The position numbers and the translations under genes are program-made. The notes beneath the pieces were generated by a model. It had not been told where the DNA came from, searched no databases, and saw nothing but the letters and a program-made list of their open reading frames with translations. Below are positions 8,094 to 19,128 of a stretch of 32,000 nucleotides of DNA, in pieces (the first letter of the stretch is position 1; each line of letters starts with the position of its first letter). This DNA comes from Microbulbifer thermotolerans (GTDB lineage Bacteria > Pseudomonadota > Gammaproteobacteria > Pseudomonadales > Cellvibrionaceae), in assembly GCF_900112305.1 (NCBI RefSeq), contig NZ_FOKT01000002.1, positions 497,228 through 529,227 on the forward strand, in the 5' to 3' direction.

Positions 8094-9911
8094 ATGGACG
8101 CACCACAAGAAATTCTCGAACACGTTTTCGGCTACACCCGGTTCCGAGGGCAACAGAGACAGATCATCGACACACTCATGGCAGGTCGCGACGCTCTGGT
8201 ACTGATGCCCACTGGAGGCGGCAAATCCCTGTGCTATCAGATACCGGCCCTGGCCCGCCCCGGCTGCGGTGTGGTGATATCACCACTGATCGCCCTGATG
8301 CAGGACCAAGTGGAAGCACTGCGGGCCGCCGGTGTGCGCGCGGCTTACCTCAACTCTTCCCTGCCTTTCAGCGAGGCCCAGCGAGTCGAAGAGGCGCTGG
8401 TGCGCGGAGAAATGGACCTGCTCTACCTGGCCCCCGAACGGCTGTCGCAAACGCGCACACTGGAACTGTTGCGCCGCGCGGAGCTGTCGCTGTTTGCCAT
8501 CGACGAGGCCCACTGTGTATCCCAATGGGGCCACGATTTCCGCGCAGATTATCTGCAGCTCAATTGCCTGCACGAACAATTTCCCCATGTACCGCGTATC
8601 GCGCTTACTGCCACCGCCGATCGGCGCACCCGCGCGGAAATTGCCCGGCGCCTGGATCTGGAAAACGCCGAGCACTTTGTCAGCAGTTTCGACAGGCCCA
8701 ATATCCAGTACCGCATCGCGCAAAAGGACAATCCACGCCGCCAGCTGCTGCAATTTCTGCGCTCGGAGCACCAGGGGCAGGCGGGTATCGTCTATTGTCT
8801 GTCCCGGACCAAGGTAGAGAGCACCGCCAATTGGCTCTGCCAGCAGGGGTATACCGCCCTGCCCTACCACGCCGGACTACCCGCTGAAATGCGCGCCGAG
8901 CACCAGCGTCGCTTCCTGCGCGAGGACGGAATCATCGTCGTCGCCACCATCGCCTTTGGCATGGGCATCGACAAACCGGACGTGCGCTTCGTCGCCCACC
9001 TGGATTTACCCAAAAGCATTGAAGCCTATTACCAGGAAACTGGCCGCGCCGGACGAGATGGCGAGCCGTCGACGGCACTCCTGCTGTACGGCCTCGAAGA
9101 TGTGGTCAAGCTGTCGCAAATGGCTGCAGATTCCGACGGCAGCGAAGAGCACAAACGCCAAGAGAGCGCGCGCTTGAATGCCATGCTGGGCCTATGCGAA
9201 ATCACCAGCTGCCGTCGCCAGGCCCTGCTGCACTATTTCGGCGAGGAGCTGCCGGAACCCTGCGGCAACTGCGATACCTGCCTAAACCCGCCGCAAACAT
9301 GGGACGGTACGGAAGCCGCGGCGAAGTTGCTGTCCTGCGTCTACCGCACCGGCCAACGCTTCGGCGCCGCCCATGTCATCGACGTGTTGCGCGGATCGGA
9401 AAACGAGAAGGTACGCAAGTTCGGCCACGACACCCTGTCCACCTACGGCATCGGAACCAACTTGTCCGCCAGCGAATGGCGGGCAGTGACGCGGCAACTT
9501 GTGGTACGCGGTTACCTCGAAGTTGAGGGTGAATTCCACAGCCTGCGCCTGACCGAAGCCTGCCGCCCACTACTGCGCGGCGAGGAGCGCATTCAGTTGC
9601 GCAAGCTGCCGCCGAAAGCCAAAGGGGCCCGAAGTGATGCCAGTAAGGCCACTCCACCCGCAGAGATAGCGCCCGCCGATCTGCCGTTGTGGGAAGCGCT
9701 GCGCGCCTGCCGCAAACAGCTCGCGGACCGACACGGTGTACCGCCCTATGTGGTCTTCCACGATGCCACACTGCGCGGCATGGTGGCCGCCCGACCGCAA
9801 AGCCGCGAAGAAATGCTCGCCGTATCCGGTATCGGAGACAGCAAGCTGGAAAAATTCGGGGACGCTTTTCTGGCGGTGTTACGAGACTTCAACCCCTCTG
9901 CTGTCGATTAA
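8094..9911 (+). CDS. recQ: ATP-dependent DNA helicase RecQ
   Basis: 605 aa. It has Walker A (MPTGGGKS), a DEAH box ([16 protein letters not shown]), a zinc-binding CGNCDTC motif and a C-terminal HRDC-like region ([13 protein letters not shown]). Confidence 0.95.
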   Translation: MDAPQEILEHVFGYTRFRGQQRQIIDTLMAGRDALVLMPTGGGKSLCYQIPALARPGCGVVISPLIALMQDQVEALRAAGVRAAYLNSSLPFSEAQRVEEALVRGEMDLLYLAPERLSQTRTLELLRRAELSLFAIDEAHCVSQWGHDFRADYLQLNCLHEQFPHVPRIALTATADRRTRAEIARRLDLENAEHFVSSFDRPNIQYRIAQKDNPRRQLLQFLRSEHQGQAGIVYCLSRTKVESTANWLCQQGYTALPYHAGLPAEMRAEHQRRFLREDGIIVVATIAFGMGIDKPDVRFVAHLDLPKSIEAYYQETGRAGRDGEPSTALLLYGLEDVVKLSQMAADSDGSEEHKRQESARLNAMLGLCEITSCRRQALLHYFGEELPEPCGNCDTCLNPPQTWDGTEAAAKLLSCVYRTGQRFGAAHVIDVLRGSENEKVRKFGHDTLSTYGIGTNLSASEWRAVTRQLVVRGYLEVEGEFHSLRLTEACRPLLRGEERIQLRKLPPKAKGARSDASKATPPAEIAPADLPLWEALRACRKQLADRHGVPPYVVFHDATLRGMVAARPQSREEMLAVSGIGDSKLEKFGDAFLAVLRDFNPSAVD

Positions 9912-10077
9912 TATATTTAACACATGGTTATAAAAAACCCCAGGATATCGCCCGTTGGCTCACCATTGCTGCAAGAGACGCCACACAAAAAACTGAATAA
10001 TCCTTCACCTATTGTAAATTTTATTAATCATCCCTAGACTCACCGCGATACGATAACAAAACCGTACGAGGTGAATC

Positions 10078-11412
10078 ATGGCCGAGATCGACAGCTTTGC
10101 CGGTCTGAGCCCCGACGAACTCGACGCGCACTGGATGCCCTTCACCGGCAATCGCCAGTTCAAGGCCAACCCGCGCCTGTTTGTCCGCGCCGAAGGAATG
10201 CACTACACCACCGCCGACGGCCGCCAAGTGCTGGACGGATTTTCCGGCCTCTGGTGTTGTAACGCCGGCCACGGCCGAAAAGAGATTGCCGACGCGGTGG
10301 CCCGGCAGCTGGTTGAGCTGGATTACTCCCCCGCCTTTCAGTTCGGCCATCCACTGTCTTTCAAACTGGCCAAGCGCCTGGCCGATATGGCGCCCGACGA
10401 TCTGAACCGCATTTTCTTTTGCAACTCTGGTTCAGAGGCGGCGGACACAGCGTTGAAAATCGCACGTGCCTACTGGCGCGCCAAAGGCCGACCGGAAAAG
10501 ATTCGCCTAATCGGCCGCGCCCAGGGCTACCACGGTGTGAATTTCGGCGGCATCTCCATCGGCGGCATGCCGGGCAACCGCAAACACTTTGGCCCGGCCC
10601 TGGATGTGGACCATTTGCCCCACACTCTGCTGCCGGAGAACCGCTTTTCCCGCGGCCTGCCCGCGCATGGCGGCGAGGCCATGGCGGCGAGGCTGCTGGA
10701 CATTATCGAATTGCACGGCGCAGAAAATATCGCCGCGGTGATGATTGAACCCTTCGCCGGCTCAGCCGGAGTGATACTGCCGCCGAAAGGCTATCTGCAG
10801 CGGCTGCGCGAACTCTGCAACCAATACGAAATTCTGCTGATTTTTGACGAGGTGATTACCGGCTTTGGCCGAACCGGCGCAGCTTTTGCAGCCGAAGCGT
10901 TCGGCGTGGTGCCGGATATCATGACCACCGCCAAGGGCATTTCCAATGGCGCTGTCCCAATGGGAGCCGTTTTCGCGCGGGAAGAAATCTACAACACCTT
11001 TATGCAGGGTCCCGAGCATATCCCCGAACTGGCCCACGGCTACACCTATTCCGCCCACCCGGTGGCCTGCGCCGCGGCCATGGCCACTCTGGATATCTAC
11101 GAGCACGAAAAGCTGTTCGCGCGCGTACAATCGCTGGCGCCGCACCTGGAAGAAGCCCTGCACAGCCTCCGGGATTGCCCCCATGTGATCGACATCCGCA
11201 ACTGCGGCCTGGCCGGTGCCATCCAACTGCAACCCCGCGCCGGGGAGGCATCCAAGCGCGCGATGGAAGTGGTATTGGAATCCTACCGGCGCGGACTGCT
11301 GCTGCGTTGGACCGGCGATACCATCGCAGTGGCGCCGCCGTTTATTATCGATACCGCTCAGATTGAAACGATTGCAAAGACCCTGCGAGCCGTGCTGCAA
11401 AAAGTTGACTGA
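10078..11412 (+). CDS. class-III (omega) aminotransferase, beta-alanine--pyruvate transaminase type
   Basis: 444 aa with the blocks WCCNAGHGRKEI, FCNSGSEAADTALK, FDEVITGFGRTG and the PLP-lysine context TTAKGISNG. A GAGGTG ribosome-binding site lies upstream. It is paired with a (methyl)malonate-semialdehyde dehydrogenase gene. Confidence 0.85.
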   Translation: MAEIDSFAGLSPDELDAHWMPFTGNRQFKANPRLFVRAEGMHYTTADGRQVLDGFSGLWCCNAGHGRKEIADAVARQLVELDYSPAFQFGHPLSFKLAKRLADMAPDDLNRIFFCNSGSEAADTALKIARAYWRAKGRPEKIRLIGRAQGYHGVNFGGISIGGMPGNRKHFGPALDVDHLPHTLLPENRFSRGLPAHGGEAMAARLLDIIELHGAENIAAVMIEPFAGSAGVILPPKGYLQRLRELCNQYEILLIFDEVITGFGRTGAAFAAEAFGVVPDIMTTAKGISNGAVPMGAVFAREEIYNTFMQGPEHIPELAHGYTYSAHPVACAAAMATLDIYEHEKLFARVQSLAPHLEEALHSLRDCPHVIDIRNCGLAGAIQLQPRAGEASKRAMEVVLESYRRGLLLRWTGDTIAVAPPFIIDTAQIETIAKTLRAVLQKVD

Positions 11413-11488
11413 CCCCCACCGCGCATTGGCAAAAATCACCGCAGCACTACGACCACGGAGCACCGGAGCCATCCGAAGGAGCACAAAC

Positions 11489-12985
11489 ATGAACACCATC
11501 GGCCACCTGATCAATGGCACTACCACCGCCAATGACTCTCGTCAGCAGGAAGTGATGAATCCCTCCACCAGCGCAGTGATCGCCAAAGTCGCCCTGGCCA
11601 GCCGCGCTACCGTGGAAGACGCCATCGCCGCCGCCGAGGCCGCTTATCCCGCCTGGCGGGACACTCCGCCCATCAAGCGCGCACGCATCCTATTTCGCTT
11701 CAAGGAATTGCTGGAAACCAATGCCGACAAGATTTGCGAACTGATCACCCGCGAGCACGGCAAGGTACTGGGCGACGCCATGGGCGAATTGCAGCGCGGC
11801 ATCGAAAATGTCGAGTACGCCTGCGGCATCCCAGAACTGCTAAAGGGCGAACACAGCAGGAACGTCGGACCCGGCATCGATGCCTGGAGCGAATTCCAGC
11901 CCCTGGGCGTCTGCGCCGGTATCACCCCGTTCAACTTTCCCGCCATGGTGCCCCTGTGGATGTGGCCCATGGCCATCGCCTGCGGCAACACCTTCGTACT
12001 CAAGCCCTCCGAGCGGGCTCCCAGTTCCGCGCTGTTTATTGCCCAGCTGGGCCTTGAAGCGGGCATCCCCGCCGGCGTGCTGAACCTGGTCAACGGCGAC
12101 AAAGAAGCGGTGGATACGCTGCTGACGGACCAGCGGATACAGGCGGTCAGCTTCGTGGGCTCCACGCCGGTTGCCGAGTACGTCTACCGCACAGGTACCG
12201 CCAGCGGCAAGCGGGTCCAGGCGTTCGGCGGTGCCAAGAACCATGCGGTGATCATGCCCGACGCCGACTTGGACAACGCGGCCAATGCACTGATGGGCGC
12301 CGCTTACGGCTCTTGCGGCGAGCGCTGCATGGCCATCTCCGTCGCAGTGGCCGTCGGCGACGCCGTCGCCGATGCATTGATTGGGAAACTGAAAGCCCAC
12401 ATCACCAAACTGAAAGTCGGCGACGGCATGGACAACAACAACGATATGGGACCGCTGATCAGCCGCGCCCATCTGGAAAAAATCCGCAGCTACATCGCCA
12501 AGGGCATTGAGGAAGGCGCGGAATTGGTTGTGGATGGGCGTGATCTGAAGGTTACCGGTTTCGAGGATGGCAATTTTCTAGGCGCCTGCCTGTTCGACAA
12601 AGTCAAAGAAGGCATGACGATTCACCGCGACGAAATCTTCGGCCCGGTGCTCTGCGTGATGCGGGTTCGCACCCTGCAAGAGGCGATGGAGATTATCAAC
12701 GCCCACGAATACGGTAACGGTACCTGCATCTTCACCCGCGACGGAGAGGCCGCGCGTTACTTCTCCGACAATATAAAAGTGGGCATGGTGGGTATCAATG
12801 TACCGCTGCCGGTACCCGTGGCCTACCACAGTTTCGGTGGATGGAAACGCTCACTATTCGGCGATCTGCACGCCTATGGCCCTGACTCCGTGCGTTTCTA
12901 CACCAAGCGCAAAGCGGTGACCCAGCGCTGGCCGGCCAGCGGCCTGCGCGAGGGAGCCCAATTCAACTTTCCCAGTAACGACTAA
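11489..12985 (+). CDS. mmsA: CoA-acylating methylmalonate/malonate-semialdehyde dehydrogenase
   Basis: The ATG at 11489 is preceded by AAGGAG. The product starts MNTIGHLINGT and carries ITPFNFPAM, FVLKPSE and the catalytic-Cys context GSCGERCMAISV. The 91-codon upstream extension in the ORF track overlaps the aminotransferase gene and was rejected. Confidence 0.9.
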   Translation: MNTIGHLINGTTTANDSRQQEVMNPSTSAVIAKVALASRATVEDAIAAAEAAYPAWRDTPPIKRARILFRFKELLETNADKICELITREHGKVLGDAMGELQRGIENVEYACGIPELLKGEHSRNVGPGIDAWSEFQPLGVCAGITPFNFPAMVPLWMWPMAIACGNTFVLKPSERAPSSALFIAQLGLEAGIPAGVLNLVNGDKEAVDTLLTDQRIQAVSFVGSTPVAEYVYRTGTASGKRVQAFGGAKNHAVIMPDADLDNAANALMGAAYGSCGERCMAISVAVAVGDAVADALIGKLKAHITKLKVGDGMDNNNDMGPLISRAHLEKIRSYIAKGIEEGAELVVDGRDLKVTGFEDGNFLGACLFDKVKEGMTIHRDEIFGPVLCVMRVRTLQEAMEIINAHEYGNGTCIFTRDGEAARYFSDNIKVGMVGINVPLPVPVAYHSFGGWKRSLFGDLHAYGPDSVRFYTKRKAVTQRWPASGLREGAQFNFPSND

Positions 12986-12994
12986 AGACTCTAC

Positions 12995-13205
12995 CGGCAG
13001 TCTGATACGTTTGCTTAGTCGCAGTAAAGATACTGCGAGACCAAATAAGAAACGCAAGTGATGGAAAGGAAATTTCAATACTGCGGATACAGGGATGTAT
13101 CCGGCGGAGCTACAGGGAAGTACTTGTGGTTTTCAAAATACCCGTCCTATTGCCTGAGCGCCCCGAAACCTACCATTGTGTTCACGCGAATTAATCAGAG
13201 GTTCC
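12995..13205. mobile_element. MITE-like element, copy 2 (near full length, left end decayed)
   Basis: The right half is near-identical to copies 1 and 3 (GGATACAGGGATGTATCC...GCGAATTAATCAGAGGTTCC, ending at 13205). The left TIR is degraded to CGGCAGTCTGATACGTTTGC. The flanks are CTAC (12991-12994) and CTAG (13206-13209). It fills the whole mmsA/ligB convergent spacer. Confidence 0.7.
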
Positions 13206-14975
<1,770 letters not shown>

Positions 14976-15029
14976 TTAACCGATTTGCCAACGCGAGTGA
15001 TAGAGTCCGGAAAACAGCGGATGCATTAG

Positions 15030-15242
15030 GGAATCTCTGGTTAATTCATGTCCTGGTGGTAGAGGCTCTTCAGGGGCGGATGTGAAGCTCAAGTGATAAG
15101 ACGGCTATTTCTAAACCGTCGGATACAGGGATGTATCCGTCGGAGCTACAGGGAAGTACTCGAGCGTTTTCGAAATATCCGCCCTATCGCCTGAGCGCCC
15201 CGGGACCTACCATAGTGTTCACGCGAATTAATCAGAGGTTCC
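15030..15242. mobile_element. MITE-like element, copy 3 (intact, 213 bp)
   Basis: The TIRs are GGAATCTCTGGTTAATTC... and ...GCGAATTAATCAGAGGTTCC. TTAG flanks both ends (15026-15029 and 15243-15246). Its length is the same as copy 1. Confidence 0.8.
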
Positions 15243-15258
15243 TTAGCAATCAGGAATA

Positions 15259-15287
15259 CAAAAAAAGGCGCCGAAGCGCCTTTTTCA
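15259..15287 (-). terminator. Rho-independent terminator of ompW-like gene A (bidirectional-looking)
   Basis: The sequence is A7-GGCGC-CGAA-GCGCC-T5. Read on the minus strand, the GC stem is followed by a run of seven U, about 22 nt after the stop codon at 15310. Confidence 0.8.
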
Positions 15288-15309
15288 TCTGCACTGTAAT
15301 GCAAACGAT

Positions 15310-16131
15310 TCAGAATCGATATCCGATACCCAAGTTGTATACCCAGGAATCCAGTTCAATGTCTGTTCTCGCCGCATTAATAACGGTAGTGGGAGAAAAA
15401 TAAAAATTGGGAGCCTGATAGTGCAAATCGGTTTGCACATCTGAATCCAGGTACTGGACAGCCGCATTGACCAGCCAGTTACTCTCGCGGCCCAGCATAA
15501 TATCGATCCCTATTTGACCAGCCCAGCCCCAATCATCTTCCAGATACAGTTTTGCCGGCCCTATGGCTCCGGCCACTTCTGCCAGATAGTCATTGGCCGC
15601 AGTTCGAAAGCGCACACTATCGTAATCGGTATAGTGCGCTCCGATGCCCACGTAGGGCTGCACCCAGGACTCCTTGCAAACAGGGAACCAGTTGAACATC
15701 AGTGTTGCCGAGCGGCGGTCGATACTGCCGGCGCGAATTTTGCTGACGCCAAAATCCTGCACAAAAGTGGCATCCAGCCCCGTTAAATCCAGATCGTGCT
15801 CCGCTTTTCCGATATAGCCCAGTTCTACGGACATATGGTCAATCGGCATAAACCCCACAGAGAAATTCCAGGTTGTCTCTCCATCCAGGTCGTATCTGAG
15901 CCCATCAAAAAACGGTTGCAGATCCCGGTCGTAGCGCCACTTACCTGAGTCATCGTCGAGATCGACATAGGAGGCGCCAATGCGAAGCATCACAGTACCC
16001 GCCTCATACACCGCCGGAGGAGCTGAAGGTATTGGTGCTGCATAGCCGGACGGGCCGGCCAGTACCGGTTCAGCACTGACCGCCGCGGCTACAGCAATCG
16101 CCATAGGTGTCAGAATGCGCGTCAATTTCAT
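15310..16131 (-). CDS. OmpW/AlkL-family outer-membrane beta-barrel protein, paralog A
   Basis: 273 aa with a signal peptide (MKLTRILTPMAIAVAAAVSA). It shows alternating beta-strand patterning, and its C-terminus WVYNLGIGYRF matches the OmpW terminal motif (..W.....GYRF). Confidence 0.8.
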   Translation of the reverse strand: MKLTRILTPMAIAVAAAVSAEPVLAGPSGYAAPIPSAPPAVYEAGTVMLRIGASYVDLDDDSGKWRYDRDLQPFFDGLRYDLDGETTWNFSVGFMPIDHMSVELGYIGKAEHDLDLTGLDATFVQDFGVSKIRAGSIDRRSATLMFNWFPVCKESWVQPYVGIGAHYTDYDSVRFRTAANDYLAEVAGAIGPAKLYLEDDWGWAGQIGIDIMLGRESNWLVNAAVQYLDSDVQTDLHYQAPNFYFSPTTVINAARTDIELDSWVYNLGIGYRF

Positions 16132-16468
16132 CTGAAGTACTCCATTGATATTCGGCTAATTCAACAACAATCAACCCAATCACTTTTCAGTCTAGACACG
16201 AAAAAACACCTCTGTAGAAATTCCTCCCCCAGCCATTCACCGACAGCCCATATAGTGTGGTATTGGCGCATTTTTATTCGCATCTTTTGGCGCGAATTTC
16301 TCCATTGCATGCTGTGCCAACCTTTTCACTGGCCCTCCGCTTTGCTATGCAACCCCCTTCTTTTTCATTTGAGCGTCATTGTTGGCTCCGGTGCGAACAA
16401 TCACTTTCCTCTCATTAGCACTATTCTCCCGACCGCTGCATTTCAGTGAATAACCCTACATAGCCGCT

Positions 16469-16496
16469 ATAAAAAAGGGCGCCGAAGCGCCCTTTA
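16469..16496 (-). terminator. Rho-independent terminator of ompW-like gene B
   Basis: The sequence is A6-GGGCGC-CGAA-GCGCCC-TTT. On the minus strand the stem is followed by a run of six U. The stem-loop core GGCGCCGAAGCGCC is identical to the terminator at 15259-15287. Confidence 0.8.
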
Positions 16497-16518
16497 ACAC
16501 AACCTTTCATCATCAGAT

Positions 16519-17316
16519 TCAAAAATCAAATTTGTATCCGATGGACAAGTTGAACACCCACGGATTGTAAAGGTAATCACCGGAATAAGATTCCAGGAAG
16601 AAATCGGTATTGGTTGAGGCGTTATTGCGGACGGTGAATCCCAAATCGGTCTCCGAATCCACGTAGATTGCAGCCATATTCACCAGCCACGCACTATCGT
16701 GGCCAAAGTTAATATCGGCACCAATCTGCCAAGTGTATCCCCAGGAATTTCCCAGAGACATGCGAGAAGTGAGGCCAAGGTCATTGAGGTCCGCACGTGC
16801 AACCCCTCTGAAGCTCTCACCGCCAAAGTCCGTGTAATTAATACCAACACCGACATAGGGCTGGAACATGCAGGATGGATCCAGCGGATACCAGTTGACA
16901 TAAGCCATGCTCATATCGGCTTCAAATTTAGCGAGGTTCCGCAGTGCCACATCGTCGAATCCGGCTACTGTTACGAATCCTTTGCTGTTGCCGCCAACAT
17001 GATCATCGCCGTCAACATACATCAACTCGAATCCGAAATGATCGTGAGGCTTCCAGACACCGCTGATATTCCAGCCCCACTCATCATCCGGGTCTATAGT
17101 TGCCCGAAAAGCGTCGAAGTACTGTAGCGAATCATCGACAAAACTTACTTGCTCCGAATTCGGATGAATATAAGAGGCACCGATCCGGATAATAAACTCC
17201 TGAGTTTTAGGCGGAGGCGGTGCGGGTATATAACCCGAAGGACCGGCTAACGCATTAGTAGAAACCGCCAGTGCCAGAGGTGCCAGAACCGGGGTCAGAA
17301 TACGCATCATCTTCAT
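16519..17316 (-). CDS. OmpW/AlkL-family outer-membrane beta-barrel protein, paralog B
   Basis: Start set at the ATG at 17316 (MKMMRILTPVLAPLALAVSTNALA, a signal peptide), with GGAG 8 nt upstream. The C-terminus is PWVFNLSIGYKFDF. The post-signal motif AGPSGY plus a Pro-rich linker is shared with paralog A. Confidence 0.8.
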   Translation of the reverse strand: MKMMRILTPVLAPLALAVSTNALAGPSGYIPAPPPPKTQEFIIRIGASYIHPNSEQVSFVDDSLQYFDAFRATIDPDDEWGWNISGVWKPHDHFGFELMYVDGDDHVGGNSKGFVTVAGFDDVALRNLAKFEADMSMAYVNWYPLDPSCMFQPYVGVGINYTDFGGESFRGVARADLNDLGLTSRMSLGNSWGYTWQIGADINFGHDSAWLVNMAAIYVDSETDLGFTVRNNASTNTDFFLESYSGDYLYNPWVFNLSIGYKFDF

Positions 17317-17627
17317 TGAGGTAACTCCATTGATTTTCAGCGGATTAAACAGCAATCAGCCCAATCAATGGTCAGTTTAGTCGCGGGGTAATACAGCTGT
17401 AGAAAAAACAACCAATTATTGGCGTCAAAAAAAAAGTCACGGAGATTTTGGCGCAAGAAAAGTTCTTTTGGCACGCATAGTCACTTGCCATACTCCCTGC
17501 CCTAAGGCTGTGAAACCAGCGACAGCGTTCGCACGAACTATGCAGAGGGCCCTAATTCCATCGGAAAAGAAGCGAACGCCATACGTGGAAAAATATGCCG
17601 ACGTGAAAGGAACAGCCCGATAACAAA

Positions 17628-17816
17628 AATGCCTTTGATTAATTCACACGGGAGCTGTAATGGCTCTGGGACACTCAGTCAATGGGATGGGCATTTTGAA
17701 AACGCCCAGGTGCACCCCTATGCCCAACAGTTTCGAAATATCCATCCCCATCAGCTGAGCTTCTCATCGGATCTCAATGTATCTTGACCGTCATGAAACG
17801 ATTTATTCAGGATGAC
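17628..17816. repeat. MITE-like element, copy 4 (diverged, inverted relative to copies 1-3, central hairpin replaced)
   Basis: Three blocks match the reverse complement of copy 1: CTTTGATTAATTCACACG, CTCAGTCAATGGGATGGGCATTTTGAAAACGC and GTTTCGAAATATCCATCCCCATCAGCTGAGCTTCTCAT. The right end is followed by TTAG (17817-17820), 5 nt before the bolA stop. Confidence 0.6.
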
Positions 17817-17825
17817 TTAGCAAAT

Positions 17826-18131
17826 TCAATGTTTGCCGCCACCGAGGCACTCCGGACTCTGCGGCGCCTCACCCGGCCACTCTTCCGGACTGTATGTATG
17901 TAGCGCCAGGGCGTGAACCGGCCCTGCCATTTCCTCGGCCAGTATTGCGTAAATCCGCTGGTGGCGTCGCACTTTACTCATCGAAGTGAAAGCGTCACTG
18001 ACCAAAACGACGCGAAAGTGCATCTCCGCGCCAGGCGGCACATTGTGCATATGACTTTCGCATTGTACATCGATATATTCAGGCGCCAGCGCCTCGGTAA
18101 GCTTCTCTTTAATCTGGTTTGCCAAGCTCAT
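17826..18131 (-). CDS. bolA: BolA family protein
   Basis: Starting from the ATG at 18131 (GAGAGG upstream), the product is MSLANQIKEKLTEALAPEYIDVQCESHMHNVPPGAEMHFRVVLVSDAFT...RHQRIYAILAEEM.GPVHALALHTY. It is collinear with E. coli BolA. Confidence 0.85.
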   Translation of the reverse strand: MSLANQIKEKLTEALAPEYIDVQCESHMHNVPPGAEMHFRVVLVSDAFTSMSKVRRHQRIYAILAEEMAGPVHALALHTYSPEEWPGEAPQSPECLGGGKH

Positions 18132-18194
18132 GCCACTACCTCTCAAAATATCGCTGATCCATTCCTGTGAAGTGTCGTAGGTAGTTACGGGTGC

Positions 18195-18980
18195 TCAGGC
18201 CGAAGCCCCCGCCTTGCGTTTGCGCGCCTCCACAATGGTTTCGTAAGCCAGAGTGATACTTTTCATCTGGTCTTCTGCATGCCGCATAAACTCTTCCGGT
18301 AACCCCTTGGCGGCGAGCTTATCCGGGTGGAATTCCGCAGCCTTGCGCCGATAGGCGAGTTTCAGCTCTCGGTCGCTGACATCGGGAGTGCAGCCCAATA
18401 CATCGTAATGCTGCTTCAGGCTCTGCGCGGAAACCGATGCGCGATGGCCGAACTCCCCCTGCATGGCGGAAAAAATGGAGCTATGTAACCCCAGATCTTC
18501 GGGAATACGGCGCAGTATCTCCTCTTCCGCCGCGTGCAGCTCACCATCCGCACAGGCCACTGCGAACAGCAGGCGGTAGACCATTTCGCGCATGGCCTCG
18601 TTGCGCACCAGCTGACGGTACTGACGGGCGTAGTCGTAGATGCTGTAAGCGTCGGTTTTCGCGTTTTGGAAAATCTTGATGGCCTGCGCCCGATCCTCGG
18701 CGCTGAGGCGCAGATTATTCTGCATGAAGTCTTCAATCAGGTTGACTTCCGCCTTCGAAACCAGACCGTCCGCCTTGGCCATCTTCGCCAACATGGAAAA
18801 AACGGTGACGATAAATACCGTCTGTGCTCCTTCACGGTTCAGACCTGCCACCGCGGCACCAGCCGCCCGTTGCAGTCCGGAGCCAAAAGAGCTGCCTATC
18901 CAGGCGCCCAGTGCCGCACCGATAGGGCCTCCAAACATCAGGCCGATACCGGCTCCGATTCCCGCGCCCAACCAGGACAT
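18195..18980 (-). CDS. djlA: co-chaperone DjlA (N-terminal TM, TerB-like domain, C-terminal J domain)
   Basis: The ATG at 18980 has GGAGG upstream. The N-terminus is Gly-rich and membrane-like (MSWLGAGIGAGIGLMFGGPIGAALGAWIG). The C-terminal J domain is HYDVLGC....S..ELK.AYR....FHPDK, containing the HPD motif. Confidence 0.85.
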   Translation of the reverse strand: MSWLGAGIGAGIGLMFGGPIGAALGAWIGSSFGSGLQRAAGAAVAGLNREGAQTVFIVTVFSMLAKMAKADGLVSKAEVNLIEDFMQNNLRLSAEDRAQAIKIFQNAKTDAYSIYDYARQYRQLVRNEAMREMVYRLLFAVACADGELHAAEEEILRRIPEDLGLHSSIFSAMQGEFGHRASVSAQSLKQHYDVLGCTPDVSDRELKLAYRRKAAEFHPDKLAAKGLPEEFMRHAEDQMKSITLAYETIVEARKRKAGASA

Positions 18981-19016
18981 AATCGTTCCTCCAGGCGCCT
19001 CACCGCGCCCCTCATA

Positions 19017-19045
19017 CAAAAAGGCGCCTATGATACCACGCGCCT
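19017..19045 (-). terminator. candidate terminator of the guanidine operon
   Basis: Minus-strand RNA reads AGGCGC-(12-nt loop)-GCGCC-UUUUUG, about 85 nt after the allophanate hydrolase stop. The stem is only 6 bp and the loop is long, so confidence is low. Confidence 0.35.
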
Positions 19046-19128
19046 CCAGCGCCCTGGTGCCCTGCCGGGAAAGTCATTCCCCCATACCCAAATTCATGGC
19101 ACTCCGGGGTTCCTTTATCGGCGACTGC

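Noticed and set aside
16301-16322. Sigma-54-like boxes upstream of the ompW paralogs. The minus strand reads TGGCACAGCATGCAAT at 16301-16322 and TGGCAAGTGACTATGC near 17475-17492.
   Set aside because: The GG-to-GC spacing is 8 nt and 11 nt respectively instead of the required 10 nt.
18993-19029. Two copies of the 8-bp palindrome AGGCGCCT (18993-19000 and 19022-19029) in the djlA leader, considered as a regulatory element.
   Set aside because: The promoter-distal copy is better explained as part of the candidate terminator of the upstream operon. Pairing between the two copies would need a 21-nt loop, and I recognise no known motif.
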